Sequence record: SRR31156797_707 | Length of the DNA: 64,000 bases | Strand: one strand, 5' to 3' | In this document: positions 61,124 through 64,000 of the stretch, one piece after another | How the letters are laid out: every line of letters starts with the position of its first letter | How positions within the stretch are numbered: the stretch's first letter is position 1 | Made by a program: the position numbers and the translations under genes | Notes under the pieces: model-generated | What the model was told of the DNA's origin: nothing | Database searches by the model: none | What the model saw: the letters and a program-made list of their open reading frames with translations, nothing else

Positions 61124-62191
61124 CTATTTAGCGGCTTTTACTTTATCAAGTATTTTACCTTCTACTTTTTCTAATGCTGCTGGTACTGGTGGGTACCATT
61201 TGATGTTGTCGATATCTGCTTTTGAGAAAGAGCGTGCGAAGTTATCTCTCTTCTCTTTATCAAGATATTTAGCTGCGTTAGCAGAAGCAGTACCGTATCC
61301 ACTGTCGTTAGTGAAATATGCTGCGTTTTCAGGAGCGAGCATGAAGTTTATCCACTTGTAAGCGCCGGAAACGTTTTTAGCTTTTGAAGGGATAGCAAAT
61401 GTGTCAATCCACCCGAGAGCACCACTTGCAGGAGCAACGAAGTCTATATCTGAATTCTCTTTATGGAGCTTCCAGCCGCCTCCGTCCCATCCCATAGCAA
61501 CAACTACTTCACCGCTTCTAAGCATACCGAGAAGTGCATCGCCGTTTGCCCAGTAGTTTTTAACGAGAGGTTTCGCTTTTACAAGGTCTTTCTCAACAAG
61601 CCCCATAAGCTCCATGTACTCTTTTGTGTTGCCGTATTTTGCAAAAGGGTTATCGCCTCTTGCAAATGCGAGTGCGATGAGCGTAGGTCTTTTAAGTCTG
61701 TAAGATACTTTACCAGCGTATGCAGGGTTAAGCAGGTCGCTGTAATCCTTTGCATAAGGAGCCATTTTTTTATTTACGATAAGTCCTGATGTTCCGTAGC
61801 AAAATGGTACAGCATAGGATTTACCTTTAACTTTTGTGTTATTTTTAACAGCATCAAGCATCGAACCGATAATTGCACTGGATTTGATTTTAGAATAGTC
61901 CAGCGCTTTGTATAGGTTGTATTTAGCCTGTACAGAGCTGATTCTGTCCTGTGATGGCTGAGCAAGGTCAAAACCCGCTCCTCTTGTTGCTCTCAGCTTA
62001 GTGATCATCTCTTCGTTGTTGGAATATGTAAGTTCAACTTTTATTCCTGTCTGCTTTTCAAACTTCTCAACAAGTGCCTTAGGTGCATAGCCTTCCCATG
62101 TCAGAATCTTAAGCGTGCCCTGTGCAAAAAGATTAGCTGAGGTAACAGAAAGCATAAATACAGATAAAACTAATAGCTTAACAATTTTCAT
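61124..62191 (-). CDS. PotD-family periplasmic binding protein
   Basis: Signal peptide, LTWEGY, FEKQTGIKV, GWIDTFAIP, AYKWINFM. Confidence 0.88.
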   Translation of the reverse strand: MKIVKLLVLSVFMLSVTSANLFAQGTLKILTWEGYAPKALVEKFEKQTGIKVELTYSNNEEMITKLRATRGAGFDLAQPSQDRISSVQAKYNLYKALDYSKIKSSAIIGSMLDAVKNNTKVKGKSYAVPFCYGTSGLIVNKKMAPYAKDYSDLLNPAYAGKVSYRLKRPTLIALAFARGDNPFAKYGNTKEYMELMGLVEKDLVKAKPLVKNYWANGDALLGMLRSGEVVVAMGWDGGGWKLHKENSDIDFVAPASGALGWIDTFAIPSKAKNVSGAYKWINFMLAPENAAYFTNDSGYGTASANAAKYLDKEKRDNFARSFSKADIDNIKWYPPVPAALEKVEGKILDKVKAAK

Positions 62192-62497
62192 CCCTTACTC
62201 CTTTGTCATAATAATGTTATTAAGATTTAACCAGAACTTTCCGTTTCACATCTGGCTAGCAGACCTGCAAATGATTGCAAATATTATGAAACTGATGCCT
62301 GCAACTGTGGAAATAAACCTAAATCTTAATAGCTTCGAATTCTAATGATACAATTAAAATGAAAAGGAATTTATATATACCTGTAAAATTTATGTAGTAA
62401 GAATTTTATTAACATAAAAAGACTGACGAAAAGAATACTCTATCATAATTAAAAAAAAGACCAGCCCGCAAGTGACTGATCTTATAATAGAAAGAAA

Positions 62498-62569
62498 TAG
62501 AAACGGGCGGTTTCGAACCGCCGACCCCTTCCACGTCAAGGAAGTGCTCTCCCGCTGAGCTACGCTTCT
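62498..62569 (-). tRNA. tRNA-Val(GAC), CCA not encoded
   Basis: AGAAGCG/CGTTTCT acceptor, GCTC/GAGC D-stem, CTTCC-TTGACGT-GGAAG anticodon arm, GGCGG-TTCGAAA-CCGCC T-arm, discriminator A. Confidence 0.95.
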
Positions 62570-62582
62570 ATAAAGTAAAGAG

Positions 62583-62611
62583 ATAATAGCGACCAAATGG
62601 ATGTTAATCAA
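62583..62611 (-). promoter_or_regulatory. Sigma70 promoter of tRNA-Val
   Basis: Minus strand TTGATT-17-TATTAT just upstream of tRNA. Confidence 0.6.
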
Positions 62612-62657
62612 GAATTATTTTGCATACATTTTACATCTAATATGGTAAATTTATTGT

Positions 62658-63065
62658 ATGAGTGGTTTTGTTTCTTTCAAAAAAATACAACTTAAAGTCC
62701 TCATTGTCGAAGATGATCATATAACCAGAACGTCTCTGGCACAGCTTTTAGACAGCCACTTTCAGGAAACTTACTACGCTGATGATGGTCAGACTGGACT
62801 TGAAAAATATGCGCAACATAAGCCTGACGTAATTTTCACAGATATTATGATGCCAAATATGAACGGTGTTGAGATGCTCCACAGAATCAAAGAGCAGAGC
62901 GGCAGAATGCCTACATGTATCATATTTTCTGCACTCGATGAAACAGATGATGAAAACAGTCTGGCGGGATTAAAAATATATCATACTATGAAAAAACCGT
63001 TTAATTTCAATGAACTGGAATCACTCGTTGCAGAAATCTCAAAATACCACAACCTAAGCCAATGA
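62658..63065 (+). CDS. Single-domain response regulator
   Basis: LIVEDD, FTDIMMP, KKPF. Confidence 0.88.
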   Translation: MSGFVSFKKIQLKVLIVEDDHITRTSLAQLLDSHFQETYYADDGQTGLEKYAQHKPDVIFTDIMMPNMNGVEMLHRIKEQSGRMPTCIIFSALDETDDENSLAGLKIYHTMKKPFNFNELESLVAEISKYHNLSQ

Positions 63066-63679
63066 TAAAAAACTCCGCATTTATAAACAATACAGACAGA
63101 TACGACCACTGGTTTGACAAAAACTCTATCGCATACGCCTCCGAGCTAAGGGCTTTCGAAAAGCTTAATATTTCAGGAAAATCTATTGAGATAGGTGTTG
63201 GCACTGGTAAGTTCGCAAAACCTCTCGGAATCACAATGGGAGTTGAGCCTACAGTGGAGATGCACAAGCGGGCAACAGGGGTAGACATCATCGAAGGAGT
63301 GGCAGAAAACCTCCCTCTTCTTTCAGAGGCTTTTGACTGGGTTATGATGGTTACAACTATATGCTTTGTAAATGATCATAAAAAAGCTATGTCTGAGATG
63401 CACAGAATTCTTAGAAAAGGCGGTAAGTGCGCAATCGGACTAGTGGATAAAGATACGGAACTTGGCGCAATATATCTGGCGAAAAAAGATAAAAGCGAAT
63501 TCTATAAAGAAGCTACATTTTTCAGCTCAGCGGAAGTCATAAGCTGTATGACCAGTGCGGGCTTTCAAAACATAGGCGCATATCAAACGCTGACATCCAT
63601 GAGCATAACCCACCCTGAAGAACCTCAGGACGGGCACGGAACAGGTGGATTTGTTGTAATTTACGGGGAAAAACTCTAG
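63062..63679 (+). CDS. Class I SAM-dependent methyltransferase
   Basis: EIGVGTG motif I, GVEP, AENLP, TICFV. Confidence 0.9.
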   Translation: MIKNSAFINNTDRYDHWFDKNSIAYASELRAFEKLNISGKSIEIGVGTGKFAKPLGITMGVEPTVEMHKRATGVDIIEGVAENLPLLSEAFDWVMMVTTICFVNDHKKAMSEMHRILRKGGKCAIGLVDKDTELGAIYLAKKDKSEFYKEATFFSSAEVISCMTSAGFQNIGAYQTLTSMSITHPEEPQDGHGTGGFVVIYGEKL

Positions 63680-64000
63680 CCCCAGCTAAGTTTACCACCG
63701 TTAAAACCAACAACAGCCAGCACAGGAATATTAGCAAATATCATAAAGTTATAAAAAATACTCATCCCACCACTACCATAGGCTACATCAGGGACATTAT
63801 ACCTGATGATAAGCTCAACGATCCCCATAAAGAGCAGGACAAAAGAGAAAACTATCTTATACATAAATATTTTATTAACTGTCAGCTCATAGTTAACCCA
63901 CCAGCTGACCATACCGGAAGCTATGGTAGGAAACATAAAAACCACTGCAACAACAAGCGCATACACAGATGCCAGCTCGAAAGAGCTCTTCTTAGTGTAA
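63676..64000 (-). CDS. C-terminal part of a membrane protein (DUF2231-like), starts outside window
   Basis: Hydrophobic helices, SGMVSWWVNY, GFNGGKL terminus; frame open to window edge. Confidence 0.6.
   Translation of the reverse strand, partial: YTKKSSFELASVYALVVAVVFMFPTIASGMVSWWVNYELTVNKIFMYKIVFSFVLLFMGIVELIIRYNVPDVAYGSGGMSIFYNFMIFANIPVLAVVGFNGGKLSWG

Noticed and set aside
62203-62230. Weak 11-bp-period repeats (GTTAAA/ATAACA/ATGACA, minus strand) before the potD-like gene as a Pho box
   Set aside because: Abuts the RBS, too close for a -35-region site, and matches are degenerate
62390-62611. 73 aa minus-strand ORF
   Set aside because: Overlaps the tRNA-Val gene; no protein features
685-63737. 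Many short ORFs antisense to or nested in long genes
   Set aside because: All overlap well-supported genes and show no motifs
1-64000. CRISPR arrays, IS elements, prophage, tRNA-linked integrative element
   Set aside because: No repeat-spacer periodicity, transposase, integrase, phage gene or duplicated tRNA 3' end seen by eye

Overview
Gene-dense, AT-rich bacterial chromosomal window from an anaerobic respirer. Gene content and the AHQWRQPLN-type kinases suggest a Deferribacterales-like organism (inference only). Left to right: (1) a partial Cys-rich PAS gene missed by the ORF track; a stand-alone Pta-N-like protein, sensor kinase and sigma54 activator that probably drive a DASS/SLC13 transporter from a perfect -24/-12 promoter; (2) a 13 kb signalling array of kinases, REC, HDOD, HD-GYP and hemerythrin genes, including one frameshifted kinase; (3) a phosphorus-scavenging island: XylR-type regulator, phnWX, phnCDE, phnGHIJKLM, acetyltransferase, pbfA, phnN, pstSCAB, with 11-bp-periodic Pho-box-like repeats; (4) an MCP, a DMT transporter and modABC with two ModE-type boxes; (5) the most interesting part, a 9-gene minus-strand operon joining a PsrABC-like molybdoenzyme, a periplasmic TPR protein with a flexible tail ending in Cys, and a Rieske/cytochrome b complex with 12-, 10- and 4-heme c cytochromes, flanked by an ArsR regulator and two exported rhodaneses that share promoter motifs with it; (6) a Pot-family ABC transporter coupled to a glycerophosphodiester phosphodiesterase, tRNA-Val(GAC), and small genes. 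No CRISPR array, rRNA, transposase or integrase was seen. All family assignments are from motif recognition, not database searches.
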